IMG/VR virus record: IMGVR_UViG_3300022743_000002
Coordinates: 23,751 to 87,750 of that record
Reading direction: 5' to 3' (one strand)
DNA length: 64,000 nucleotides
Origin: a virus
The notes beneath the pieces were generated by a model. That model made no database searches. It had not been told where the DNA came from and was given only the letters and a program-made list of their open reading frames with translations. The stretch's first letter is position 1; each line of letters starts with the position of its first letter. This document shows positions 55,136 through 64,000 of the stretch, one piece after another. The translations under genes and the position numbers were made by a program.

Positions 55136-55151
55136 ATTGTTGCATCACGAC
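55136..55151 (-). promoter_or_regulatory. Putative late promoter GTCGTGA-TGC-AACAAT
   Basis: Motif copy; leader carries an AAGGAG SD. Confidence 0.75.
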
Positions 55152-55162
55152 ACGCCTGGATT

Positions 55163-56347
55163 TCAGGTGCGGCTATGCAGGGAATGAATACCGGGATTGA
55201 AGTCGGCCCAGGTTGAATCGGATGTGGCCCAGGTTCTTGTGCTTGACCAATCGCCGCCATATTTCAATGCGGTGTAGTAAACGCGGTAGTCACGGATATG
55301 GGAGCTGGAGACCAAATACTTTGCGTCCCAAGCGGCGCTAGACCAAGGCACGCCGACCCAGGTCTGCGACGGGACCTCCACATAACTAGAACGCAGGAAC
55401 TCGCGACGAAGACCGGCCGCGTAGTTCATGATCGAGACCTCCTCGATCGCGCTGTAGTCAAGCAGCGCTCGGTCCTCGTAGCGCAAGTGCGCGTAGTGCT
55501 GAACGTTGGTTCCGCCAGAAATTGACGGAGTGCCGGGATCAATGACTGCCCAATGGCGGACAATCGGCGGCAGCACCAGGACGCCGGCGGCGCGATTGCG
55601 CTCAATCACCGGCAGCACAGACGGCCAGTCGACGCTGCTGCGCGACCATGGCTGGATAAGGTGATAACCCGCCCGAGCACCATCATAGAACCTGTCTGGC
55701 CCTGAAAGACGGGACTGATCAAGGACGAATAGCTCCTTCCACGGCTCCTCGATGCGGACGTCCGCACCCGTGGCGTCGAGTATGGCTTGTTCGATACCGT
55801 GGGCGTTGACTCGGATCCGGAATGCCTCGACCGGCAGACGCGCCGCATAACTGGCGTCGGACTCGCCGTCGTAGCGCAGGAACCCGTAGATCGTGCCCCA
55901 GACGTCAACCCACTGACCGCTGGCCTGGGTCATGACCATCTGGCGCAGGGCTTCCTCTATCTGGCCGCGGGCCTCTCGGAGCTCGCTGGAGTAAGTTGTC
56001 AGCAACGCCCATAGAAGCGATGTGAAACCGAAAACATGGTCGCCATTGGATTCGTTTTGATCGCCACGCTCCTCGACAAGCACCAGGGCAGACAGCCCGG
56101 CAAGCGCCGGCGACAACGACGTCACCTCGAAGCCGTAGACGGTGAGCTGATCGGCGAGCTGAGCGACAGTCAGGCCGGCAAGGTCAAACGGGTACTCTGA
56201 GGAACCGTCACCGGCCGTTAGCACGCCTTCAGCAATCGACCATGTTGCGCCGTTGGGGTGGCGCAGCCGAAACGCCAACTCCGGCACCGGCGACTTGTCG
56301 AAGACAGCCGCGTGCGGATGACGTAGAAGGCGCTTGAGTGTCGTCAT
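55163..56347 (-). CDS. Baseplate wedge-like protein
   Basis: ASGQWVDVWG...R..GESDASY..R; follows baseplate J. Confidence 0.7.
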   Translation of the reverse strand: MTTLKRLLRHPHAAVFDKSPVPELAFRLRHPNGATWSIAEGVLTAGDGSSEYPFDLAGLTVAQLADQLTVYGFEVTSLSPALAGLSALVLVEERGDQNESNGDHVFGFTSLLWALLTTYSSELREARGQIEEALRQMVMTQASGQWVDVWGTIYGFLRYDGESDASYAARLPVEAFRIRVNAHGIEQAILDATGADVRIEEPWKELFVLDQSRLSGPDRFYDGARAGYHLIQPWSRSSVDWPSVLPVIERNRAAGVLVLPPIVRHWAVIDPGTPSISGGTNVQHYAHLRYEDRALLDYSAIEEVSIMNYAAGLRREFLRSSYVEVPSQTWVGVPWSSAAWDAKYLVSSSHIRDYRVYYTALKYGGDWSSTRTWATSDSTWADFNPGIHSLHSRT

Positions 56348-57438
56348 AGCGGAGTGACAGTGAGTGCGCCCGGGATAAGTGCCTCACCGACACCGCAGAC
56401 GATGTTGCTGCTGGTGACGGGCACGATGGCAGCAACACCGGGTACAGCCAGCAGGGCCTCGACAAGCGAACCGAGGTAGAGTGTTGTGTTTGGCTGCACA
56501 GCGACTATCTCTCCGGCGAATATGTCCCCCATCGCTTGTGTGACGCCGGCGCCTAGCGCGTACCCCGGAGCCATGGAAACCCGGATTGATAGCGGGACCG
56601 AGCGCTCAGACATTGCCAGCACATCCACCCGAACGCCGGCGGCTCGAAAGCCCGGTGTGATCGTCTGTGTGTTTTCGGCGTGACTGCCGTCAATCCTGGA
56701 CTGACCATCGGAAAGCAGACCCGCCGACGGCACACCCAGGTTTGAATAGAGGTAAATGCGGACGTGGCCGGCATCCTCGAAAATACTGGAGCGCGTCACG
56801 TACTCGGTAACGCCAGCAGACCCGCTCGAAACGATCGACTGCTTGGCCGCATACAGGCACGCCGCCACGGTGCCGCGGCTCAACGACTGGACAAATTCAG
56901 CGAAGCGTGCCTCTCGCTCTGCGGACGTCTCCGTATCCCTCCCGTTGGTTATGGCGGAATTTGAGACGGTGTATCCAGAACCAAAGGATGTTGAGTTGAC
57001 AACAACGCCGGCGGCGGCGTTTCCAATCAAGCCAGCGACGGTCGATCGGACTGGAATCTGAACAATGGATGTTCCAGTGTGCCAGACGACCGCCAATGTG
57101 GATGTGTATGTCCGGCCGTCGTTGGTTGTGAAGGCTGTGCCAAGTGGAATGGTTGTATCTGCCGTCCTGGCTGACGCAGCGGATATGCTGACGTAGCCAT
57201 TTGCGAATGTTGGCTGGAGAAGGTCAAAACCAAAGGACAGGAAAGTTGCCACCGGAATTGCATCGCGCAAGCCTAGAAACATTTGCATGTAGAGTTCTTC
57301 AATCTCTACAGCTGGAGCCTCCATGAGCGTGCGCGCAACGGAGCCAGGCGCAAAGTCGGTAATCTTCTCGGTGACGGAGCGGGCGTGATTGATTTCGCCG
57401 GCGACGATCGAAGCGAAGTCCTTGATCTGGAAACTCAT
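56344..57438 (-). CDS. Baseplate J-like protein
   Basis: TDFAPGSVARTLMEA, G.IGN, NGRDTET...R..RF. Confidence 0.88.
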   Translation of the reverse strand: MSFQIKDFASIVAGEINHARSVTEKITDFAPGSVARTLMEAPAVEIEELYMQMFLGLRDAIPVATFLSFGFDLLQPTFANGYVSISAASARTADTTIPLGTAFTTNDGRTYTSTLAVVWHTGTSIVQIPVRSTVAGLIGNAAAGVVVNSTSFGSGYTVSNSAITNGRDTETSAEREARFAEFVQSLSRGTVAACLYAAKQSIVSSGSAGVTEYVTRSSIFEDAGHVRIYLYSNLGVPSAGLLSDGQSRIDGSHAENTQTITPGFRAAGVRVDVLAMSERSVPLSIRVSMAPGYALGAGVTQAMGDIFAGEIVAVQPNTTLYLGSLVEALLAVPGVAAIVPVTSSNIVCGVGEALIPGALTVTPL

Positions 57439-58059
57439 TTAGCCGCCCTGAATAATGTCAACCACGTCACCCTCAATTGCGGTGGCGGTGGCTTGGATTC
57501 TAACGCTGTCACCCGTTACCTCGGCGACAGACCCGTCGACCGCCTTCACCCGGTAATCGGCTTTTAGTGCCGCCTTGATGTAGTCGGCCCCCAGGCGCGC
57601 GGCGGTCGGACCATTGACGCGGCCAAGCAGTCGATGGTGCATGCTGCCGTACTCCGGGTGACGCATGAGCTGGCCGCGAGGTGTCGATACGCGGTGGCTC
57701 AGCTGCTGGCGGAGATTGTCGGCGCCAGTGAGCACGTCGAAGTCACCACCTTCGGTGGCTTGCAGCTGCTTACCGACCAGATTGCAGTCGCGCTCATAGG
57801 CGTGCCCGCGGCCCGATGCGCCGTTTCCCTGCCATCCGCCAGGCGCAGGAACCTTGAGAAAGTCGCCGGACAGGACGACTCCGGCCGCAATGAGGCGCGG
57901 ATCGTCAGTGATGTACGGCGCCACCAAGCCGTTGACCCATACCAACTCAGGCCAGCGATTTGCGTCCCCGAGCTCGCGATCGGCGACCATCGCCAGCGTA
58001 TCGCCGCGATGTGTTGCCGCCAGGCGGAACGATGGCAGTTTGCGCTCGAACTGACTCAT
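57439..58059 (-). CDS. LysM plus gp25-like baseplate protein
   Basis: GDTL..VA..ELGDA.RW (LysM); NLRQ.L...TPRG.L..HPEYGS (gp25). Confidence 0.8.
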   Translation of the reverse strand: MSQFERKLPSFRLAATHRGDTLAMVADRELGDANRWPELVWVNGLVAPYITDDPRLIAAGVVLSGDFLKVPAPGGWQGNGASGRGHAYERDCNLVGKQLQATEGGDFDVLTGADNLRQQLSHRVSTPRGQLMRHPEYGSMHHRLLGRVNGPTAARLGADYIKAALKADYRVKAVDGSVAEVTGDSVRIQATATAIEGDVVDIIQGG

Positions 58060-59228
58060 ATCGTGACCACCATTCCGCCCATGATGTTGTTGAGATGGCG
58101 GCCTATTTCAGCCGCCGGCATCGGGTTTAGGACGGAGTCCGATTTGATGATCGTCTCCGCGCTTCTTATGGCGGCCCCGCTCAAAGTGACGGGCTGGCTG
58201 TCCTGCGGGTTGATAAGAGCGAAGACGTTTTGATCACTGAAAGCGCTAGGCATGCGCCCGCCGGTCGTGCTGGAACAATTCGATGCGCCGTACAGCCCGG
58301 TGTAATCCTCGTAGATTGCACTCGGACGCAAAGCGTTGGAAAAGATGCAGACAACCTCATTGAACGCGGCACCAACGCTAACAAAGGCTGCTTTGGCAGC
58401 GGTCGCAATACCAACAATCGACGCAAACGTCCGGAACACCTCGCGCCCAACCTGCGCGATCGTCTTGGCGATGCCAACGACGTACCCAACAGCGCCGCCA
58501 ATGAACCCAGTGACGCCGTTCGCTACAGACTGAATCTGCCGTAGAAACTTGACCGCCATGTTCACGTAGCCCGTCACAACTCCAGCGATTGATCGCAGCG
58601 CAGACAAAATTCCGCCCTGAAGACCAACACTCACCACCTCCAGTCTACCCAGGGCCCTATCCAGGGCGTTTAGTCCGGCCGTCGCATTCCCCGTGTCCGG
58701 GAAAAACTGAGATAGGCCGCCATCAACAGACGTACTCACGGCCTGCATGACAATGTTGTAGCGAAACAGTAACGGGCTACTCTTGGATCGCCTTAGATTG
58801 AATTGCATAGGCACAACTTGCCACGCGATGCTGTCAAGCAAATCAACAAAAAGCAACTTCACGCCAGCCGGATCGTGTCCGTAGTCAATGGCTTGTTGAA
58901 TTTTTGCTGGGTAGTCGTGGACTACCAGCTGATTCAGAGCCTCAAACGACTGGAATCCATCAAGACCAAGTCCTGGCTTGTATCCCCAGCCGGTGTGCCC
59001 ACTGATTGTTACGGATGGCAACCCTTCGCCGAAGTGATCGACCCATCCCTGCGCATCGCGGCCGAGCGTTTGGTGCACAGCCGCCCGCTGAGGCTCTCCG
59101 CGCGTCAAATCTTCTGGCCGAATTGGAAGGTAAACCGGGGAGCTGAGCGCTCCACGATTGTCCAGCACAAAGCTGATCGGCCGAATATCCGCCTTTTGAC
59201 TTATGTGAGGTCCGTATCGGTCGTCCAT
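58056..59228 (-). CDS. Tail/baseplate protein (tube initiator-like)
   Basis: Position in the baseplate module; RPEDLT, HQTLG, ISGHTG. Confidence 0.65.
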   Translation of the reverse strand: MDDRYGPHISQKADIRPISFVLDNRGALSSPVYLPIRPEDLTRGEPQRAAVHQTLGRDAQGWVDHFGEGLPSVTISGHTGWGYKPGLGLDGFQSFEALNQLVVHDYPAKIQQAIDYGHDPAGVKLLFVDLLDSIAWQVVPMQFNLRRSKSSPLLFRYNIVMQAVSTSVDGGLSQFFPDTGNATAGLNALDRALGRLEVVSVGLQGGILSALRSIAGVVTGYVNMAVKFLRQIQSVANGVTGFIGGAVGYVVGIAKTIAQVGREVFRTFASIVGIATAAKAAFVSVGAAFNEVVCIFSNALRPSAIYEDYTGLYGASNCSSTTGGRMPSAFSDQNVFALINPQDSQPVTLSGAAIRSAETIIKSDSVLNPMPAAEIGRHLNNIMGGMVVTI

Positions 59229-59234
59229 GCCGCC

Positions 59235-59250
59235 ATTCTGGCATCACGAC
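59235..59250 (-). promoter_or_regulatory. Putative late promoter GTCGTGA-TGC-CAGAAT
   Basis: Motif copy; ATG follows after 6 nt. Confidence 0.75.
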
Positions 59251-59251
59251 A

Positions 59252-60007
59252 TTAAACCGGTGGGCCGCCGACGGATGGGCCGCCAGAGTCGGCGTGGACG
59301 TGCGTGCTGCTGATATTCTTACCGTTCGACGTGATTGCCTTCACCGTCGTGGATCCCTCAACGTGAAGGTCTCCTGTCAGCGTCGTCGTCGGCGTGTCCA
59401 GGGTTACGCTCGGAGCCTTCACCGTCACAGCCATGCCGGCATCGATCGATAGCCCCTGGTTCATGCGCAGGCTAACCGCTCCGTCCGGAGTCATAGTCAA
59501 CTCCAGTGCGCCGCCGGCCATGCCAATGTGGATATTCACCCGCTTTGACTGATTGCGGTCAGTGGCGCTGGTGTCGGCATGCTTCCCAGTCAGCGTGTCG
59601 GCGTCGATGGCTTCACCGATCCGTATGTAGGTGCCGCTTGGGTGCGTGACCTGCATATTACCGTCACCGTCGATCAGTGTTTCAGCGTCGGACTGGTGCC
59701 GGTACCGGCGCGCCCTGGGGTCAGTCAGCAGCATTTGATTGACCTGCGGGTACAACATGCCCACCACCACCGGGCTGCGGCCCACAAACGCCACAAGGGC
59801 CTGCATGTCCTGGCCATTGCGCTTGGTGATATCCCACTTGTCGCCGGAATTTGGTACGGCCGGCAGGTCCACCATACCGCTACGCGCGCTGCCGTTTGGC
59901 GTGCTGACCTGGACGCCGATATGGCGGGTGCCGTCGTCCAGCATCACTAGGTCGACGGAGTGGTCCTGGGGGTGGACTTCGACCACGATGGCTTGGCGGA
60001 GATTCAT
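59252..60007 (-). CDS. Baseplate spike (gpV-like)
   Basis: OB-fold-like N-terminus, beta repeats, C-terminal HxH (THVH). Confidence 0.82.
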   Translation of the reverse strand: MNLRQAIVVEVHPQDHSVDLVMLDDGTRHIGVQVSTPNGSARSGMVDLPAVPNSGDKWDITKRNGQDMQALVAFVGRSPVVVGMLYPQVNQMLLTDPRARRYRHQSDAETLIDGDGNMQVTHPSGTYIRIGEAIDADTLTGKHADTSATDRNQSKRVNIHIGMAGGALELTMTPDGAVSLRMNQGLSIDAGMAVTVKAPSVTLDTPTTTLTGDLHVEGSTTVKAITSNGKNISSTHVHADSGGPSVGGPPV

Positions 60008-61512
60008 AGTCGGGTGGCCTGTTCAGTGAGCCACGGCGACTGGCTGTTTTCGTCCGTGGTGCGTTTTGCAAAACCCTCGCCGCGTTCAAACGACAGCGTG
60101 GTGGTGTAGCCCTGGTATGGCACGAATTCGTGGTCGATCTGCGTGACGTAGGCGTCCCAGGTGAAGCGGCCAACCTTGAAGCGAGCATAGTCGCCGGCCT
60201 TCATCAGCTCCACGCCGTCGCCCCGCATGGGGCCGCCCTTCACCCGGGCGCTCCCCTGCTCCAGCACGACGTTGTCGCGGTTGGTTTCAATCAGCTGCTT
60301 GCGGCGCTTTTCAACCCATGAGAGCTGCTTCTTGTCGCGGGCATCATTGGCGTCAGCCGGGGCGCCGGCGTTGTCGTTCGTGATCGTGTCCTCGCTGAGC
60401 TGGGTGTCGGCATACATAGGCCGCACGCCGTAATACTTGACGGCGGTGTTGGCGTAGTCCTGCGTGGATACGGTGTCGTCGCCCTGCTGCAGCGAGAACA
60501 AGCGGCGCGTCATGTCGTCAATTAGGTCGTAGCGCTGATTGTTCACCCAGAACCAGTTTGCGAGCCCAGAGTCAGATCGGCCAACACTGATGCTTTCAAT
60601 GTCGATATCCTGCACTTCGATGTAGACCGGGTCCGGCGCGTCATCGAACACCTTGCGCTCTTTGATATCCTTGCCGCTGAGCTTGAGCACAGGCCGCGCC
60701 CGGTAGACACAGTGCACGCCGTCCTCTCGGTCCTCGGTGTAGAGCTCGTTCCAGTGGCCGACGTCGGCATGCTGGCGCAGGATATCGTAGACGCTACCCT
60801 GCATGCCCTGGAAGTGAATACCCACGGTGCCGTGCTTGACCGAAATGGAATCACCGGTCTGAATCTTCTTGGGCACCGGCTTTGCCACCTCGGTGTCCGG
60901 CAGGAAGCCGGAAATGTAGGGGTTGATGATCTTCTCGACCATGGTGCGCACAAACTCACCGGCGGGCATGGCAGCAACGGCTTTGAAGTCGTAGAGCTCA
61001 GACAGCGCAAAGCTGGTCAGCAGCGACTTTCCCGCCGTGTAGGCAGGGAAGTGCAGCACCTGGAATGTCTGCCATGCCTTGCCATAATCCTGCCCCGACA
61101 CCACCACAGATCGGATGGGGCGGCCATCGCCAGACATACCCTGTGGCCGCTGCACCGAAGACACGAAGCCGCGCATGACGATTGGCCAATTGCCGGAAGC
61201 ACGGACGCCGACGCCTCCCCACATGCGTATCTCGATCACGTCCATGGGCTCCACAAGGCCATAGACAGTCTCCAGGCTGATGGAGCCCTGAGCCTTATCC
61301 ATGAAATTGATGGTAAAGCCGCCAGCGGGCTCCCGCACTGACTTGCTGGTGCGAACGCTGCCGCCGTCGCCAAGGAATGGCGTCAGGTCGATGTATTCCG
61401 ACTTCCCGGCGTATCGCGTAGAAACCGATGTGCTGCCATCAATCGTCTTGCGACTGATGGTTTTGTAGAGGTGCACCGACAGCTGCGGGCTGGCGACTTT
61501 GAATTGCGGCAT
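60004..61512 (-). CDS. Baseplate hub protein
   Basis: Lies between tape measure and spike; MRGFV, GQDYGK, YV..IDH.F. Confidence 0.75.
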   Translation of the reverse strand: MPQFKVASPQLSVHLYKTISRKTIDGSTSVSTRYAGKSEYIDLTPFLGDGGSVRTSKSVREPAGGFTINFMDKAQGSISLETVYGLVEPMDVIEIRMWGGVGVRASGNWPIVMRGFVSSVQRPQGMSGDGRPIRSVVVSGQDYGKAWQTFQVLHFPAYTAGKSLLTSFALSELYDFKAVAAMPAGEFVRTMVEKIINPYISGFLPDTEVAKPVPKKIQTGDSISVKHGTVGIHFQGMQGSVYDILRQHADVGHWNELYTEDREDGVHCVYRARPVLKLSGKDIKERKVFDDAPDPVYIEVQDIDIESISVGRSDSGLANWFWVNNQRYDLIDDMTRRLFSLQQGDDTVSTQDYANTAVKYYGVRPMYADTQLSEDTITNDNAGAPADANDARDKKQLSWVEKRRKQLIETNRDNVVLEQGSARVKGGPMRGDGVELMKAGDYARFKVGRFTWDAYVTQIDHEFVPYQGYTTTLSFERGEGFAKRTTDENSQSPWLTEQATRL

Positions 61513-61515
61513 ATA

Positions 61516-64000
61516 TCAATACCCTTGCGACGAGCGCCAGTTGTTTTGTATGCGTGTCGTGGCGATCTGACGCGGCGCTATTTCCTGGCCCTTTTCATTT
61601 TTAATGACCACTTCGACCCGACCGATTTGCTCGGCAAGAGCTCCGCGGCTTGCTGCCTCGCTCTCCGTCGCGCCCGGTCGCTCGTAGTATCGGCTGACGA
61701 TATCCCCAGCCTCGCGACTTGTTTTGGCTCTGCGAAGCCGGTCGCCGGCACCGGACTCCTTCCCCTCTGTCAACTCGTACTGAGCGAACTGCAGCTGCTC
61801 CTGAAAGCTGGCGTCGCCGAGCCTCTTGCCGAACTGCTTCTGGAATGCGGCCTGGCGATCGGGGTGCCACTGTCCAATGCCAACGGCCTGGCCCCCGTCC
61901 CCGACCGCTTTCTCCCGCATCTTGCTTTCAGCCCAGAAATTGGCCACCAGCCCGGCGGCTTGCTCCTTGGTCCACCCCTGCTCCATGAAATAGCGCATGG
62001 CCTCATCTTTTTTCCCGGGATCCACCGGGCCGTAGTCCATGCGACGAAGATCAGCACCACTGCCTCGGCCGGGACCATATCCGCCGGCTCCAATGGGATG
62101 AAACCCGGGCGAAGAAACGCTACCCGTAGTCTCAATTTCACCCATGGCGCGCTTGGACGCCTCCTTTTCAATCTCGTCAAGCTCTCGCTTGCGTGCGGCA
62201 TTTTCTTTTTCCAGAAGCTCTGCCTTTTCCTTCTGGATATCCGTCAAGCGCTTCTCAATCTCATAAAGCTCGCCGCCTATTTCGGTCTGCTCTTTTTCTC
62301 GTCGCACGGCCTCGGCCGGGTTTTTCTCCCAAAGCCTGTAGTTCCCGGCCTTGATCTTGGCCTTTTTGGCATTCAGTTCAGACTCCTCGGTGGCAAACTG
62401 GCCAACGATCGCATCCTGGCGCCCCTTGGAATTGGCCTCGATGACGCTACGCATAATGTCATCGGTTGTTTTACCCTTTCCGACGCCAGCCAGGCTCATG
62501 ATGCCCATGCGAGCCTCATTCATGTACGGCACCAGCTTGTCGGCAATTGAAGTCTTGATGTTGTCCAGTGCGTTTTTACTGTCTCGAATGTCCTTGCCCT
62601 GCGTCTGCTCTTGATCGCGAGTCGCGACAATCTCTGCCAGGACACGCTTTTGCGCCTCGACGTCGCCGGAATCCATGGCCGACTTGACGCGGTTCTTCTC
62701 GTCAGACGTTACATCCGTGCGGCGCATGATGCTGTCAGCGACACCATGGCGGTCAGCGTCGCTACCATAGAGGACCTTGGACAGATTTCCGATGCCTGAT
62801 CCACTGAGAGAGGTCAGGTTGGCATACTTCGACATGCCCCCCATCTGGTTTGGCTTGACCGATAGGAGCGCCATAGCCTGGTTGATGCCGATGCCGAGAT
62901 GGTTTGCCGTGGCGTCGGCGAGCTCGTCCGTGCCGTCGCCGTATTGCTTGCGAAGGAGATCGATGGACTTCTCCATGAATGTCGCACTACCCTTGGGGCC
63001 TGCATGCCCCTTGTAGCGTGAGTACGCACTCCCATCCCCAAACATGCTGTCATTGGTGGCGAAGGCGCCGCCCTCTCGTAGCATTTTGGTCTGATAAGGG
63101 TTCAGACCCATACCCATGCCAACCATTCCGGTGAAATACTGACTTGCCTCACCCTTGGCGCCGCCAGCCGACAAGCTGGCGTTGATGCGGCCCAGCAGAG
63201 CGCCGGCGCCCGACGGGTCCAAACCCGGTATGCCGGAACCGACCAGCGCGGAGAATGCACCGGCATAGCCCGACACGTTGGCCGCACCCATATTGTTTCT
63301 GGTCTGACTTGTCGCGAAAGATCCGATGGCGCCAATCACCTCATCGGCTTTTGCGAAGGCGTCCGACTTCGCGATGGTCTCGCCAATCAGCAACGCGAAC
63401 CGCTTGCTGTCCTGAGTGTCTTTGGTGACGCCAACGCCACGCATTTGACCCATAACACCTATACCCTCGGAAGGGTCGAGGCCAAAAGACCGGGACAGGC
63501 CAACGCCAACCCCTAGCTCATCGTTGAGGCTGGTGTACTGGTCGGCCTTGAGGTTACCCAACTTCGCAAACTGTGTCGCCAGCTTGCCCGCCTCAGCGTA
63601 AGTAATTTTCAGGTTTTCGGCACCGCCCTGGACGACCGACTTCAGGCCCTCGAACGACACATTAACGTCGCCCAGCGTGCGCTTTAGCCTATCCAGTGCA
63701 ACGCTGTTGTCTTCGGCTTGCCCAACTTTCTCCATGGCGCCAGACACAATCTTTCCGACGCCAAGCGCCAGCATGCCACCAAGCAACCCCATGAGCCCGG
63801 CGCCAAAACCGGCCGACATTCCAGTGTTAAGCGAGCTAGCCGCAACGCCGCCCGCTGGACCCAGTGCACGTAGACCGGCTTGCGCTGCCGGCATGATGAT
63901 GCCTGGGCCGCCTCCACCGCCTCCTCCACCACCGCCGCCGGGGCGGGCTGGGTGGGGTTGAATTCCGGGTCCCGTCGGTACAGGTGTCGGTGCGGGCTGG
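61516..64000 (-). CDS. Tape-measure-like protein with a C-terminal phage tail lysozyme domain (5' end beyond the right edge)
   Basis: The frame stays open to the window edge; GWTKEQAAGLVANFWAES...GIGQW..DR...QLQF..YEL...YYERP. Confidence 0.85.
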   Translation of the reverse strand, partial: QPAPTPVPTGPGIQPHPARPGGGGGGGGGGGPGIIMPAAQAGLRALGPAGGVAASSLNTGMSAGFGAGLMGLLGGMLALGVGKIVSGAMEKVGQAEDNSVALDRLKRTLGDVNVSFEGLKSVVQGGAENLKITYAEAGKLATQFAKLGNLKADQYTSLNDELGVGVGLSRSFGLDPSEGIGVMGQMRGVGVTKDTQDSKRFALLIGETIAKSDAFAKADEVIGAIGSFATSQTRNNMGAANVSGYAGAFSALVGSGIPGLDPSGAGALLGRINASLSAGGAKGEASQYFTGMVGMGMGLNPYQTKMLREGGAFATNDSMFGDGSAYSRYKGHAGPKGSATFMEKSIDLLRKQYGDGTDELADATANHLGIGINQAMALLSVKPNQMGGMSKYANLTSLSGSGIGNLSKVLYGSDADRHGVADSIMRRTDVTSDEKNRVKSAMDSGDVEAQKRVLAEIVATRDQEQTQGKDIRDSKNALDNIKTSIADKLVPYMNEARMGIMSLAGVGKGKTTDDIMRSVIEANSKGRQDAIVGQFATEESELNAKKAKIKAGNYRLWEKNPAEAVRREKEQTEIGGELYEIEKRLTDIQKEKAELLEKENAARKRELDEIEKEASKRAMGEIETTGSVSSPGFHPIGAGGYGPGRGSGADLRRMDYGPVDPGKKDEAMRYFMEQGWTKEQAAGLVANFWAESKMREKAVGDGGQAVGIGQWHPDRQAAFQKQFGKRLGDASFQEQLQFAQYELTEGKESGAGDRLRRAKTSREAGDIVSRYYERPGATESEAASRGALAEQIGRVEVVIKNEKGQEIAPRQIATTRIQNNWRSSQGY

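Noticed and set aside
63905-63945. GGN/CCN triplet runs here and at about 52466-52487
   Set aside because: They encode poly-Gly and poly-Pro linkers in structural proteins; not regulatory repeats.
1-64000. CRISPR array, rRNA, IS element, reverse transcriptase/DGR
   Set aside because: I saw no regularly spaced repeats and no transposase or RT motifs, and noticed no TR/VR pair by eye in the tail fibre genes.

Overview
The whole window is bacteriophage DNA: a GC-rich, contractile-tailed temperate phage, probably of a betaproteobacterial host (inferred from gene content). It appears to be in unintegrated form, because an intact attP (5' half of tRNA-Gly(CCC) between integrase arm-type repeats) has phage genes on both sides. 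Layout: (1) minus-strand head module, 1-12972: portal, RelA/SpoT-type synthetase, 70-aa ORF, Mesh1-type HD hydrolase, a structured non-coding region, MuF-like protein, a PPase-ParB-ART polyvalent protein and a giant DarB-like MTase/SNF2 helicase running off the left edge; (2) a plus-strand island (rdgC, HU, AraC); (3) terminase and small ORFs; (4) a candidate ori; (5) a replication operon (primase-helicase, VRR-NUC, dATP/dGTPase, SSB, helicase, C5-MTase with an overprinted ORF, Cro-like protein); (6) a divergent recombination operon (RecE-like, SMC-like ATPase, annealing protein, CTG-start Xis, RecD/Dda-like helicase, dUTPase); (7) attP, integrase, TraR-like gene; (8) lysis, tail fibre, baseplate and tape-measure genes. 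Main discoveries: (a) a shared 'x-x-K-[S/A] / hydrophobic strand / K-[S/A]' peptide tag at termini and domain boundaries of the head-module enzymes, suggesting a capsid-targeted, protease-processed injected cargo that includes an alarmone synthetase/hydrolase pair; (b) an 11-copy late promoter RTCGTGA-N3-NANNNT, 7 copies of which place ATG at about +1 (leaderless mRNAs) and one of which drives an ORF-less RNA; (c) an attP that supplies the 5' rather than the 3' half of the target tRNA.
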